NCBI GenBank assembly: GCA_002269645.1
Contig: NIVC01000735.1
Span: forward strand, 310,001 to 374,000
Direction: 5' to 3'
Origin: Macrostomum lignano
Lineage: Eukaryota
Length of the DNA: 64,000 nt
How positions within the stretch are numbered: position 1 is the first letter of the stretch; every line of letters begins with the position of its first letter. This document shows, one piece after another, positions 1-29,435 of this stretch. The notes under the pieces were generated by a model. The model saw only the letters and a list, made by a program, of their open reading frames with translations, was not told the origin of the DNA and did not search any database. A program made the translations under genes and the position numbers.

Positions 1-3000
1 CACGGCAGCAGGTCGTCGGCTGTCATCGGCGCTGACGAAGCTGAAGCCGACGCCGAGGCCGAAGATCCGATCTCGCCGGCCAGGGCGAGCACAGCGCGGC
101 GCAGGCAGGAGCACTTGCCCAGTGGGGTGGTGAGGCCGGCCAGGGCGGACAGCTGGCGTCGGGCCTTCGGTAGATTGTCGGCCATGGCCGGCCGGATGCC
201 CAGACTGGCCGGGGACAAGCCGTAGAGGCTGCGCCGGGCGGCCCGGTTGATGGCGGCATCGCGGGACTCGCAGAGGTCGCGCAGCGCCGGGAACAGGCGG
301 CTGTGGGCCCGGCTGAGCACCAGGGTCTCCAGGGCCAGCTTGACGCAGTCCAGGAACACCGAGTTCGCCTTCACCTGCTCGCGCTGCGGGGAGGGGCAGA
401 AGTTGACTGGCATTCCCTTGATGCTGAATTGGGATTTCCCTTGATACTGTAAAAGATTTCCTTGATATTGATTGAAATTTCCTATGATAATTATTTGGAA
501 TTCCCTTGATACTGATGGGGATTTCCTTTGATCCTGATGCTGATATTGATTGTGATTTCCCTCTATGCTGATTCGGATTGGCATTGATGCTGATCAGAAT
601 TCTTTCAATGTTCCTATTGCTGAGCTTGGATTGCCTGAGTAGATATGTGGATTCAACACGACACTCGCGATATCCACCTATACTAAAAATCAATTCTAAA
701 GCGTGCCACGCGAAATTTCTAAATAAATTCTTTAAGAACAGAATTCTGCTGCCTGCAAGACTATTACTCAGAGTTAATATTCTGTGGCCTACTAAATCAA
801 ACAGACTGAAAGCTCAACACGACTTGAACGCTTTGAAGAAAGGAAATTCTTGCTTGACAAAACAGCTGATTTGAGATGCAGCAAAGAGATGAGGAAAATT
901 CAATTTAGGAACAAGTCCTATCTTACAAAAGCATCTGCCTTTATGCCTTGAGCATCCACCTTTCTGAGCCGTAGAGGCTGGGCTCTGTGTGAGCTAAGAA
1001 GCCCCAACTCGGTACATAAGATCAGTGGAGCGCAGCCAGAATGGAATAATTCTATTTAGTGTTTTTTATTCAGACCCGAGAGGCTGTAAACAGACAGCGA
1101 CAAAGCCGAGTAACTCGACGCACAGGTGCGAAAATTAAATAAAGAAGGGGCTCACTAGTAGCTAAGCAGAACTGGAATTATGCCTGCTGAATAGATAGGA
1201 AACTTTGGGTTCACTTGGCGAAGGTGCAAGCGGAGCAGGGATATTGGTCTGAGCACACCTGGGATATTGGTCTGAGCACACCTGGGATATTGGTCTGAGC
1301 ACACCTGGGATATTGGTCTGAGCACACCTGGGATATTGGTCTGAGCACACCTGGGATATTGGTCTGAGCACACCTAGGATATTGGTTTGAGCACACCTGG
1401 GATGTTGGTCTGAGCACACCTGGGATATTGGTCTGAGCACACCTGGGATATTGGTCTGAGCACACCTGGGATATTGGTCTGAGCACACCTGGGATATTGG
1501 TTTGAGCACACCTGGGATATTGGTCTGAGCACACCTAGGATATTGGTCTGAGCACACCTGGGATATTGGTCTGAGCACACCTGGGATATTGGTCTGAGCA
1601 CACCTAGGATATTGGTCTGAGCACACCTGGGATATTGGTCTGAGCACACCTGGGATATTGGTCTGAGCACACCTGGGATATTGGTCTGAGCACACCTGGG
1701 ATATTGGTCTGAGCACACCTGGGATATTGGTCTGAGCACACCTAGGATATTGGTCTGAGCACACCTGGGATATTGGTCTGAGCACACCTGGGATTTTGGT
1801 CTGAGCACACCTGGGATATTGGTCTGAGCACACCTGGGATATTGGTCTGAGCACACCTGGGATATTAGTCTGAGCACTCTAAGGAGTTTGAACTAATTGA
1901 TCCGATCACACAAACCAGTGCACTCACAATCCTAGAGTCCTTGAGCGCCGAGTGCAGACAGGAGGAGTACAAGTCCTGCACAGCCCGGACGCACTGGTCC
2001 ACATTCTCAAAGTCTGTGCAGCCGAGCCCGTGGCAGAAGGCGGCGATGGCCGAGTCCAGCCGGTGCCGCAGCCGCGTCTCCCGGGAGGCCCGGCCGAACA
2101 GCAGCTCGGCGCAGTCTTCCAGGCTGGACAGAGTGAACACCGGCCCGCTGCCCCACGGCTCCGGCCCGCCGGCCACCGGGGTGGCGGGCTCGGCGGGCGG
2201 CCCGGTCAGCGGCTCGCTCAGGCACAGCACGCGGTGCCGGTTGCCGGAGTCCAGCACGAACAGCTCGTCGAATAGAATCAGCACCTCCTTGGCGTGCTCG
2301 AAGCCTTCGCCGGTGCGCAGGGCGCGGCCAACCTGCTGCACTCGCTAATGTGGCGGGCGGGTGGGGCGAGCGGGCCGTTGCTCATCGAGTACTCGTATCT
2401 CAGACAGACTTTTGCGGCTGCCTCACTGACCATCTTAAACTCTAACTCTCACTCATCGCTCACTCTCACTCTCACTGATTTCTCACACTCACTCATCTCT
2501 CACTCTCACTCATCTCTCACTCTCACTCTCACTCATCTCTCACTCTCACCCATCTCTCACACTTACTCTCATCCTTCTCTCACACATACTCTCACCCATC
2601 TCTCACACCCAACTCTCACATTCACTCTCACCCATCTCACACTCAAACTCATCCATCTCTCACACTCATCTCTCACACTCACTCACCCATCTCTAACTTA
2701 CTCTCACCCATCTCACATTCACTCTCACCCTTCTCACATTCACTCTCACCCATCTCACACTCAAACTCACCCATCTCTCACACTCACTCATCTCTCACAC
2801 TCACTCATCTCTCACACTCACTCAACTCTCACACTCACTCATCTCTCACACTCACTCGTCTCTCACTCTCACCCATCTCTCACACTTACTCTCACCCATC
2901 TCTCACACCCAACTCTCACATTCACTCTCACACCCAACTCTCACATTCACTCTCACCCATCTCACACTCAAACTCATCCATCTCTCACACTCACTCTCAC

Positions 3001-4878
3001 TCATCTCTCACACTCACTCACCCAGCTCTAACTTACTCTCACCCATCCCACATTCACTCTCACCCATCTCACATTCACTCTCACCCATCTCACACTCAAA
3101 CTCACCCATCTCTCACACTCAGTCTCACTTAGCTCACTCAATCCTGCACACTTTCTCACAGATTGTCACGCATTCCTACCTGGTATCACCAATCGCCAAG
3201 CTTGGCTGGCTCACCCCGACTCCCAGCCCAGCGCCTCACCTGGTTCTTCAGCGTCTTGTACGAGCCGTCGTCGGCGCTCACGGCCACCAGGACGTGGCTG
3301 AGGAATTCGCCTTCGTCTGGCGGCGAGTCCTCAGCGTAGCTGCCCAGCCGGGGTACGGCCACCTGCGGGGCGGGCAGGCGGGAGCGACAGGTAGACAGGT
3401 GCACGAAGAGTGACCCACAGACACCTCACCCACTGACCCAGACATCTGAACCAATGATAAGCAGACACCAGTCAGACAGACGGACACCCAGACTCCTTGA
3501 ACAATTCATGCACACACTCAGAATCGGACACTCAGACACACTCCATCTAGAGTGACACAGACACAGGCACACTGAATCGGTCACCCAGACACAAAAACAC
3601 TCATAACCAGACAGATCCCTGCATCAGGCAGACAGCCTGAACCAGACAGATCCCTGCATCAGGCAGACAGCCTGAACCAGACAGATCCCTGCAGCAGGCA
3701 GACAGCCTGAACCAGACAGATCCCTGCAGCAGGCAGACAGCCTGAACCAGACAGATCCCTGCAGCAGGCAGACAGCCTGAACCAGACAGATCCCTGCAGC
3801 AGGCAGAACACACTGAACCAGACAGATCCCTGCAGCAGGCAGACAGCCTGAACCAGACAGATCCCTGCAGCAGGCAGACAGCCTGAACCAGACAGATCCC
3901 TGCATCAGGCAGACAGCCTGAACCAGACAGATCCCTGCAGCAGGCAGACAGCCTGAACCAGACAGATCCCTGCAGCAGGCAGAACACACTGAACCAGACA
4001 GATCCCTGCAGCAGGCAGACAGCCTGAACCAGACAGATCCCTGCAGCAGGCAGACAGCCTGAACCAGACAGATCCCTGCATCAGGCAGACAGCCTGAACC
4101 AGACAGATCCCTGCAGCAGGCAGACAGCCTGAACCAGACAGATCCCTGCAGCAGGCAGAACACACTGAACCAGACAGATCCCTGCAGCAGGCAGACAGCC
4201 TGAACCAGACAGATCCCTGCAGCAGGCAGACAGCCTGAACCAGACAGATCCCTGCATCAGGCAGACAGCCTGAACCAGACAGATCCCTGCAGCAGGCAGA
4301 CAGCCTGAACCAGACAGATCCCTGCAGCAGGCAGACAGCCTGAACCAGACAGATCCCTGCAGCAGGCAGACAGCCTGAACCAGACAGATCCCTGCAGCAG
4401 GCAGACAGCCTGAACCAGACAGATCCCTGCAGCAGGCAGACAGCCTGAACCAGACAGATCCCTGCAGCAGGCAGACAGCCTGAACCAGACAGATCCCTGC
4501 AGCAGGCAGACAGCCTGAACCAGACAGATCCCTGCAGCAGGCAGACAGCCTGAACCAGACAGATCCCTGCAGCAGGCAGACAGCCTGAACCAGACAGATC
4601 CCTGCAGCAGGCAGACAGCCTGAACCAGACAGATCCCTGCAGCAGGCAGACAGCCTGAACCAGACAGATCCCTGCATCAAGCAGACACCCTGAACCAAAC
4701 AGAATTTCAGCCACGGCCTCACCAGCCAGCCCTTGGCAGCAGCGCTATTATAGATGGAGGCGGCCTCGGTCTTGAGCCGCTGAAAGAACGGATTCTCGGA
4801 CAGGTCCTCGTCGTAGCCGGCGTAGAGAGTCGCCTGCTGCTGCGTCGGCGGCTGAGCTGGCGAAACAGCGGCAGACAT
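1..4878 (-). CDS. ANKRD27: ANKRD27/VARP (VPS9-domain ankyrin-repeat protein), 5' part; exons 4878-4723, 3362-3240, 2344-1928, 383-<1; gene runs off the window
   Basis: Spliced translation has YDEDLSENPFF, EVLILFDELF..VLCLSEPL and a VPS9-like segment ending MTADDLLP. These match remembered ANKRD27 motifs (YDEDLLKNPF, ILFEETF..ILCIAHPL, CADDLL). All introns are GT-AG and phase 0. Confidence 0.88.
1238..1878. repeat. 23-bp minisatellite (CACACCTGGGATATTGGTCTGAG), ~28 copies, ANKRD27 intron 3
   Basis: Near-identical head-to-tail units read directly. Confidence 0.95.
2436..3140. repeat. Degenerate CTCACA/CTCT low-complexity tract, ANKRD27 intron 2
   Basis: C/T/A-only tract with recurrent ctcaca and catctct motifs. 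Confidence 0.85.
3605..4700. repeat. 35-bp minisatellite (AACCAGACAGATCCCTGCAGCAGGCAGACAGCCTG), ~31 copies, ANKRD27 intron 1
   Basis: Tandem units read directly; explains the 35-aa periodic ORFs. Confidence 0.95.
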
Positions 4879-6126
4879 GGCGCGTCAGTCAGTCCGGATC
4901 TGCCTCGAAATTCGAACCGAATTCTTGTTATTTAAAAAAAAGTCCGCGCGACAGCCGCGACCGGCTGACCCTCTCGTCCGCTGCTCTCCCTCGCCTGCTG
5001 GCCAATCGGCCCGGGAGACTGCCGGAGGGGCAGGAGGGGAGAAGCGCGGCAGCTGGGCTGAGAGATCGGCAGGCAGCCAGGGCAGTCCTCGCTGGTCTGC
5101 GCAGCTGCTGGAATAAACGCGGAGCACTGCACTAAACAGACAAGAGTCCAGCAGAGAGCGCTAAAGCCTCGGTCCCCACACTAATACTCTCTCAGCTCAG
5201 CAAAAATGCTGCAGCCCCCCAGCTGTGCCGAATTTTCATTCACTCCGACTGATCCCCCCTGACTCGCTCACCGCGCGCCGCTGTCTATCTGCTATACAAG
5301 CCGAGCCTTCTTTTCACGCTTTCCTTATCAGTTAGGGCAGCGGTGTGAAGAAAGAACTGATCTCTTTCTCTCTCTCTCTTCTACCTATGCAGTTTGCGAG
5401 CCGAGCGGCTAAAAGCAGAGGCGAGAGAAAGTGCAAGAGAGAGAGAGAGAGGAGAGAGTCGAAGAGGCCGGGAGTCATCAATCAGCTTTCCGGCGACTTC
5501 TCCTGGGGGCAGAAGCAGAGAGCTGGGCTGGGTGGGCAATTCGGAGATTGGGAAATCGAGAGCGAAACAGACACGGGGCGGGATAGCAGGGGGAAGGGGA
5601 GGCAAGGAATATACAAATCGTTTCCCCAATGGCATCGGGAGAATCCCCAGACAGACAGAGGGGAATTCGCGGGGATCCGATCTGCCCCCTCCTCCCGCAA
5701 ACAGAGCGGAGGGATTTGCGAGACTTAATCTCCGATCCCTGTTGCTGCTGCTGCCTGTTTTGGGACAAGATTCCCGGACAGCCTGGCGAATTGCCGAGTG
5801 AGAATAGTGAGCACTGCCCTGAGCACCCCGGCAGCAGACAGCCGAGCTGCTCAACTCTGCCGAGCCCCACCTGCCCAGCTGATTCAGCCTGGCGGGAGCA
5901 ACTCCCCACAAAGGGAATCGAACCTTCAGGCTGATCAATACTGGCCAGCCGAGACAGATGGGCCACTCAAAAAAGGAAGCTTTAACTCTGTTAGGATCTG
6001 TTTCTTATACGCCTCACTTGGTTTGTCAGGCTTGTGGAACAACCGGGCCGCTCGCCAGATCGATTTCAATCAATTATTAATGCCACAGCTGCCTTGAAGA
6101 CGCCGAAAGGAGCGGCGGACTGAGCC

Positions 6127-6211
6127 CTGTCTGTCTGCCTGTCTGCCTGCCTGTCTGTCTGCCTGTCTGTCTGTCTGCCTGTCTGCCTGTCTGTCTGTCT
6201 GTCTGCCTGCC

Positions 6212-6244
<33 letters not shown>

Positions 6245-6246
6245 GC

Positions 6247-6277
<31 letters not shown>

Positions 6278-6282
6278 CCTGC

Positions 6283-6331
<49 letters not shown>

Positions 6332-6467
6332 AGTCTGTCGGTCTGTCTGTCTGTATGTCTGCCTGTCTGTCTGCCTGTCTGCCTGTCTGTCTGTCTGTCT
6401 GTCAGTCTGTCGGTCTGTCTGTCTGTATGTCTGCCTGTCTGTCTGCCTGTCTGTCTGTCTGTCTGCC

Positions 6468-6500
<33 letters not shown>

Positions 6501-6645
6501 GCCTGCCTGTCTGTTTGTCTGTCTGTCTGTCTGCCTGTCTGTCTGTCTGTGTCTGTCTGTCTGTCTGTCAGTCTGTCTGTCTGTCTGTCTGCTTGTCTAT
6601 CTGTCTGTCTGCTTGTCTGTCTGTCTGTCTGTCGGTCTGTCTGTC
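6127..6645. repeat. (CTGT)n microsatellite
   Basis: Direct reading. Confidence 0.97.
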
Positions 6646-7311
6646 CGCTCTACATACTACTGTTGGCTCCCAGAGCGCGCACTCTAAAGTACACAGCAAT
6701 AATAGGCACGGCTTCAGTGCCCGCAAAGCAACACTCGAACGAGAGGACCCAAATCCCCACCTGAAACCGGAATTAAGAAGGAGCTCGCCAGAAAGAGAAG
6801 ACGGCGGTAATGAATTTCGTGGCTAAAAAACAGACTGGGCACGGCTGAAAGGGAAAGGGGGAGGCCGAGAGGCGCCATAAATTATCCGCCATTGCCGTCC
6901 CGTATTTCAGGGTGTCGGGTTTGGTTTTGTATCAGCTACGGCAAGCAGCAGAGCCCCAACAATGTGCCAACGTTCCAATATATATCAATTTACATTCTTA
7001 TTGAACAAAATAAAGACTAAAGCGACAACAAAGACTGCCCCACCTGTGTGGGTGCGGCACAGCTCCGGCTCTCTTAATGCCCTTTTTTGTCGGCCAATCA
7101 AAAATGCAAATTATGGCTAAAAATCATACACATCTACTTACAGTAGGCGAGGCCATGGTGAAATCAAGAAAGCTAAACAAAAATCAATATCACAACGAGT
7201 GCTAAGTAGTATCTTAGGGTCTTTATCGATTAGTAAAAAGTACAAAACTAAACAGTTGGTAGGACGTTGGAAATGTAAGCAATAAAATATGAGCGAGTCA
7301 CCGTTCTGTTT

Positions 7312-7640
7312 ACTATCAGACTCGTGACTCATATCTCTGAGTGATCAGACTCATGACTCATCTCTGAGTGATCAGACTCGTGACTCATCTCTGAGTGATC
7401 AGACTCGTGACTCATCTCTGAGTGATCAGACTCGTGACTCATCTCTGAGTGATAAGACTCATGACTCATCTCTGAGTGATCAGACTCATGACTCATATCT
7501 CAGAGTGATCAGACTCATGACTCATCTCTGAGTGATCAGACTCATGACTCATCTCTGAGTGATCAGACTCGTGACTCATATATCTGAGTGATCAGACTAG
7601 TGACTCATATCTCTGAGTGATCAGACTCATGACTCATATC
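7312..7640. repeat. 27/29-bp minisatellite (ATCAGACTCRTGACTCATCTCTGAGTG), ~12 copies
   Basis: Tandem units just downstream of the NUDT7-like stop. Confidence 0.93.
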
Positions 7641-7666
7641 TCCGACCCGAATCCAATGCAGGCAGG

Positions 7667-11542
<3,876 letters not shown>

Positions 11543-11685
11543 CTGATGTGGCGGCGGCCCAGCGCTGTGGCCGAAGTCGGGCTGGCGTGGCTGGAACTGG
11601 GAGTGAAACGACGTATCCGTCTCAAAAAGTAATGATAGAAAAATCAATGCTGCAGAGTTCACGCTGCAGTTTGCACAGTTCACCC

Positions 11686-12836
11686 TCAGTCTCCGCAGTT
11701 CACCCTCAGTCTCCGCAGTTCACACCTCAGTCTCCGCAGTTCACACCTCAGTCTCCATAGTTCACACCTCAGTCTCCACAGTTCACACCTCAGTCTCCGC
11801 AGTTCACACCTGTCTCAATAGTTCACACCTCAGTCTCCGCACTTCACACCTCAGTCTTCGCAGTTCACACCTCAGTCTCAATAGTTCACACCTCAGTCTC
11901 CGCAGTTCACACCTCAGTCTCCGCAGTTCACACCTCAGTCTCCACAGTTCACACCTCAGTCTCCACAGTTCACACCTCAGTCTCCACAGTTCACACCTCA
12001 GTCTCAATAGTTCACACCTCAGTTTCCACAGTTCACACCTCAGTCTCCGCAGTTCACACCTGTCTCAATAGTTCACACCTCAGTCTCCACAGTTCACACC
12101 TCAGTCTCCACAGTTCACACCTCAGTCTCAATAGTTCACACCTCAGTTTTCGCAGTTCACACCTCAGTCTCAATAGTTCACACCTCAGTCTCCGCAGTTC
12201 ACACCTGTCTCAATAGTTCACACCTCAGTCTCCACAGTTCACACCTCAGTCTCCGCAGTTCACACCTCAGTCTCAATAGTTCACACCTCAGTTTCCACAG
12301 TTCACATCTCAGTCTCCGCAGTTCACACCTGTCTCAATAGTTCACACCTCAGTCTCCACAGTTCACACCTCAGTCTTCACAGTCCACACCTCAGTTTCCA
12401 CAGTTCACACCTCAGTCTCAATAGTCCACACCTCAGTCTCCACAGTTCACACCTCAGTCTCCACAGTTCACACCTCAGTCTCCACAGTTCACACCTCAGT
12501 CTCCACAGTTCACACCTCAGTCTCCACAGTCCACACCTCAGTTTCCACAGTTCACACCTCAGTCTCAATAGTCCACACCTCAGTTTCCACAGTTCACACC
12601 TCAGTCTCCACAGTTCACACCTCAGTCTCCACAGTCCACACCTCAGTTTCCACAGTTCACACCTCAGTCTCCACAGTCCACACCTCAGTTTCCACAGTTC
12701 ACACCTCAGTCTCAATAGTCCACACCTCAGTCTCAATAGTTCACACCTCAGTCTCAATAGTCCACACCTCAGTCTCAATAGTTCACACCTCAGTCTCCGC
12801 AGTTCACACCTCAGTCTCCACAGTTCACACCTCAGT
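11686..12836. repeat. 21-bp minisatellite (CAGTTCACACCTCAGTCTCCR), ~55 copies; reads GTGTGAACTGYGGAGACTGAG on the gene strand
   Basis: Tandem units read directly. Confidence 0.95.
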
Positions 12837-13282
12837 TCCAAATGTTCCTTGGCTGACTGCAGAAAACCGCAAAAAAAGCTGGCAAGAAATTGCGAACAAT
12901 TCAAGCACCGAAACTTGACTGAATATAATTTTAAACCAGGATTAGCATCTTCTGTAATAAGTAGTCAGTCAGTAGTAACTTAGGCGCATTAATTAAGGTG
13001 CGGCTAAACAGCTTAACGCAGGTATAGAACCTATGGCCGAAAAAAGCAGTAAAGCTAGTCAGAATTACGTGATGTCAGCCAGGTGACAAATTAAAGTCTA
13101 TTTTACCTTAATCGAGCGGCAGACAAAAAAGTACAAAATGCACTACTAATTGGGAAATTGAAGGTGCACTCGTTGGTACACCTGCAGAGGTGAGAGGGGA
13201 TTCACTGAATCCTCTGATTTTGGGGAGATGCGGACTTTTTAGCATGATGAAACTTTCTGGGTCACTGGGCACTGGGCCGGCT

Positions 13283-25098
<11,816 letters not shown>

Positions 25099-25299
25099 TC
25101 GAGAGGTTGCTCAGTGAGGCTGCCGCCTTGGCCACCATGCGGTGAGTTTGATTGAGGATGCTTTGAGTTTGGATCCCCGTTTAGGTCAGAAGTTTGCCAT
25201 GCAACCTTATCAGTCTGCTCAACTTATAGCTTATAAATCAGTCATGCTGCTCATGCTTCAGATATCAGCCTGGCCATACTGGTCATTGTGAATTCATCA

Positions 25300-26700
25300 A
25301 CAGGGTCATACTGGTCATAGTTCAGATATCAGGCTGGTCAATACTGGTCATAGTTCAGATATCAGGCTGGTCAATACTGGTCATAGTTCAGATATCAGGC
25401 TGGTCAATACTGGTCATAGTTCAGATATCAGCCTGGTCAATACTGGTCATAGTTCAGATATCAGCCTGGTCATACTGGTCATAGTTCAGATATCAGCCTG
25501 GTCATACTGGTCATAGTTCAGATATCAGCCTGGTCATACTGGTCATAGTTCAGATATCAGCCTGGTCATAGTTCAGATATCAGCCTGGTCATAGTTCAGA
25601 TATCAGCCTGGTCATACTGGTCATAGTTCAGATATCAGCCTGGTCATACTGGTCATAGTTCAGATATCAGCCTGGTCATACTGGTCATAGTTCAGATATC
25701 AGCCTGGTCATACTGGTCATAGTTCAGATATCAGCCTGGTCATGCTGGTCATAGTTCAGATATTAGCCTGGTCATAGTTCAGATATCAGCCTGGTCATAG
25801 TTCAGATATTAGCCTGGTCATACTGGTCATAGTTCAGATATCAGCCTGGTCAATACTGGTCATAGTTCAGATATCAGCCTGGTCATACTGGTCATAGTTC
25901 AGATATCAGGCTGGTCAATACTGGTCATAGTTCAGATATCAGCCTGGTCATACTGGTCATAGTTCAGATATCAGCCTGGTCAATACTGGTCATAGTTCAG
26001 ATATCAGCCTGGTCATACTGGTCATAGTTCAGATATCAGCCTGGTCATAGTTCAGATATCAGCCTGGTCATAGTTCAGATATCAGCCTGGTCATAGTTCA
26101 GATATCAGCCTGGTCATCCTGGTCATAGTTCATATATCAGCCTGGTCATACTTGTCATAGTTCAGATATCAGCCTGGTCATGCTGGTCATAGTTCAGATA
26201 TTAGCCTGGTCATAGTTCAGATATCAGCCTGGTCATACTGTTCATAGTTCAGATATCAGCCTGGTCATAGTTCAGATATTAGCCTGGTCATACTGGTCAT
26301 GGTTCAGATATTAGCCTGGTCATACTGGTCATAGTTCAGATATCAGCCTGGTCATACTGGTCATAGTTCAGATATCAGCCTGGTCATAGTTCAGATATTA
26401 GCCTGGTCATACTGGTCATAGTTCAGATATCAGCCTGGTCATACTGGTCATAGTTCAGATATCAGCCTGGTCATACTGGTCATAGTTCAGATATCAGCCT
26501 GGTCATACTGGTCATAGTTCAGATATCAGCCTGGTCATACTGGTCATAGTTCAGATATCAGGCTGGTCATACTGGTCATAGTTCAGATATCAGCCTGGTC
26601 ATACTGGTCATAGTTCAGATATCAGCCTGGTCATACTGGTCATAGTTCAGATATCAGCCTGGTCATACTGGTCATAGTTCAGATATCAGCCTGGTCATAC
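25300..26700. repeat. Modular minisatellite: 23-bp core GGTCATAGTTCAGATATCAGCCT with an optional 9/10-bp GGTCATACT module
   Basis: Tandem 23/32/33-bp units. Confidence 0.95.
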
Positions 26701-27429
26701 TACAAAAAAGTAAGCCTCGAAAAGCAAGGTTAAAGTGAAACCGTTTAATATTGACAGTGTATAGTTAAGCAAAGGTGGTTGTTAATTGTGCTGCTTTTCA
26801 ATTCTAGAATATAACAAGCTGCATAAATAAAATAAGCGGACACACTTTGATAAATCCAGCGGGACAAAGGGTATTTAAGAGAAAAAATCTTGGTTACCAA
26901 ATACAGGAATCCAATAAAAACTATTGATAGTACGTAGCGTACTTTTATAAAAAATAATTAATATGGACAGAATAATATAAAGATTTTTATGCATCCGGAC
27001 GACACGTAAAATGTTTTGAATAATATTTTTAAAAATATATTTTCAAAAAAAAGTTTTTCAGAAGGTATTGCATAGAAAAATACCTCTAAACGTTACAGGA
27101 ATATTTTAATTCATTCATACTCATCTACTGACAAAAGAAAAATGATAAAAACGTGTGCTTAGTTGGTTTTGCGCATCAAGATAGACTAACTAACACATTT
27201 ATTCCATAGTTGCCTACTCAGAAGTAGCAAAAATAGAGTTTGACAACAAATATTCTAAAAAAGTGAAAAAAGACTCTATCATGACTTTTACTTTACAGAA
27301 AATTTTTGCACTTCAGACCAAAAATTAACAAATGAGTTGTGCGACATGCGCACCAGCTGTTCAAGTCTATTGCTAAAGATATTTTAGGACAAAAATGGAC
27401 AGTCTTCAATACAATCTGCCCCAGTTCCA

Positions 27430-27845
27430 AAGTGATGCATCAAGTTTCTGAAGTGATGCATCAAGCCTCTGAAGTGATGCATCAAGTCTCTGAAGTGACG
27501 TATCAAGCCTCTGAAGTGACGTATCAAGCCTCTGAAGTGATGCATCAGGTCTCTGAAGTGATGCATCAAGTTTCTTACGTGATGTATCAAGTCTCTAAAG
27601 TGATACATCAAGTCTCGGAAGTGATGTATTAAGACTGAAGTGATGTATCAAGTTTCTGAAGTTATGCATCAAGTCTCTAAAGTGATACATCAAGTCTCTA
27701 AAGTGATGCATCAAGTCTCTGAAGTGATGCATCAAGTCTCTTAAGTGATGCATCAAGTCTCTGAAGTGATGCATCAAGTATCAGAAGTGATGCATCAAGT
27801 CTAAAGTGATGCATCAAGTCTAAAGTGATTCATCAAGTCTCTGAA
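27430..27845. repeat. 21-bp minisatellite (GAAGTGATGCATCAAGTCTCT)
   Basis: Tandem units just downstream of the LITAF stop. Confidence 0.92.
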
Positions 27846-27877
27846 GCGAAGGATTCAGTTAAACCAGCCTGCACGGT

Positions 27878-28309
27878 TCAGACGCGGCTGTGGCGGTGCA
27901 GCACGGAGCCGCAGTGCGGGCACTTGTGCACGGCGTCCTTGCAGGTGTCGATGCAGAACGGAATGAAGCAGCAGCCGAGGTTCAGGCCCAGCAGGCACAT
28001 GCCGGCGCACACCAGCCAGGTGAGGGTGCCGGTCTCAAAGTTCACCTCGGTGGGCACGAACTGCTGGCAGGCGGGGCACAGCGCCGTGCCGGGATCCATG
28101 CCCAGCGGCGAGTGCAGCACGACCATCTGCGGCTGGGACACAACCACAGCAGGGGGCCCGGCAGCGTCAGAGTACGGCGGCGGCTGCTGCTGCTGGCTGC
28201 CAGGGGCATTGGAGGCGGCGGGAGGCTGCTCCTTGCCCAGCAGAGGCACGTCCGGCTCCTCCGTTGGCCTGTAGGGCGGCGGCGGCGCGGTCGGCAGGGA
28301 AGAGGCCAT
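27878..28309 (-). CDS. LITAF: LITAF/SIMPLE-domain protein, 143 aa, single coding exon
   Basis: Two PPPY motifs, CPAC...hydrophobic GTLTWLVCAGMCLLGLNLGCCFIPFC...HKCPHC. Confidence 0.93.
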   Translation of the reverse strand: MASSLPTAPPPPYRPTEEPDVPLLGKEQPPAASNAPGSQQQQPPPYSDAAGPPAVVVSQPQMVVLHSPLGMDPGTALCPACQQFVPTEVNFETGTLTWLVCAGMCLLGLNLGCCFIPFCIDTCKDAVHKCPHCGSVLHRHSRV

Positions 28310-28387
28310 GCGCTGGAAGTGGAAGTGAGGCCGGTGGCTTGAATTAGGGCATTCAAATTATCCCTAATTTTTTATAAAACTAATAGA

Positions 28388-28915
28388 TCTTAGACCGGAA
28401 TTATGCCACCCAGGGATCTTAGACTGGAATATCCCAACCCAGGGATCTTAGACCGGAATTATCCCAACCCAGAGATCTTAGACCGGAATTATCCCAACCC
28501 AGGGATCTTAGACTGGAATATCCCAACCCAGGGATCTTAGACCGGAATTATCCCAACCCAGGGATCTTAGACCGGAATTATCCCAACCCAGAGATCTTAG
28601 ACCGGAATTATCCCAACCCAGGGATCTTAGACCGGAATTATCCCAACCCAGGGATCTTCGATTGGAATTATCCCGACCCAAGGATCTTAGACTAGAATTA
28701 TCCCCAGGGATTTTAGATCGGAATTATCCCCAAGGATCTTAGACTGAAATTATTTTCAGGGATCTTAGATAGGATCATCAACCCAAGGACCTTAGGCCGG
28801 ATATCCCCAGGGATCTTAGGCCGGATATCCCCAGGGATCTTAGGCCGGATTATCCCCAGGGATCTTAGGCCGGATTATCCCCAGGGATCTTAGGCCGGAT
28901 TATCCCCAGGGATCT
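28388..28915. repeat. 30-bp minisatellite (GGGATCTTAGACCGGAATTATCCCAACCCA) shortening to ~25-bp units
   Basis: Tandem units upstream of LITAF. Confidence 0.9.
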
Positions 28916-29435
28916 AGACAAAAACAAGCAAGACAAAGTGCACGACTAAAACTCGCGGTCACAAGAAAAAGCAGTCAAACAAAAATGCGCGCCAATTCAA
29001 ATCCGCCTACACTGAGCCAAAACTCAACCGAACGGAGCTGTCAATGCTTTCCACTCAGTGCTCATCGCGAAGTGAGGAATGCATCGCTCAGGTGGGCCCA
29101 GCCGGCTCAGCATTCAAGGGCAGCGCGGCCGTACAAAATGAATTGATAATATCAAATAAGGTATGAAACACAAGCAACATAAATTCAGGCCATAAACACG
29201 GCAGAGAATGGGGGGGGCGGCACAAAAATGCTCGCATTGTTTATCTTCAGCAAGCTGAGGCGTCCGCATGACAGGTACAAAAACAATAAGCAACTATACA
29301 AAGCGACGCCACAGGTGCCCCAGGGTCGGCAAGTTACGCAATCGATGTGTCGGAAGGTTGCCTGCAATCCCACCGGGGTCACTTGAAGGTCGCGGAAGCC
29401 TCTCTGCTTTGCTAGCACCAGCGGCCGGTGCTGCT

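Noticed and set aside
1238-4700. 23-bp and 35-bp arrays as CRISPR
   Set aside because: Units are head to tail with no unique spacers, the context is eukaryotic and there are no cas genes
5345-6097. Overlapping ORFs upstream of ANKRD27
   Set aside because: No recognisable motif, no consistent exon structure; probably 5' UTR or regulatory DNA
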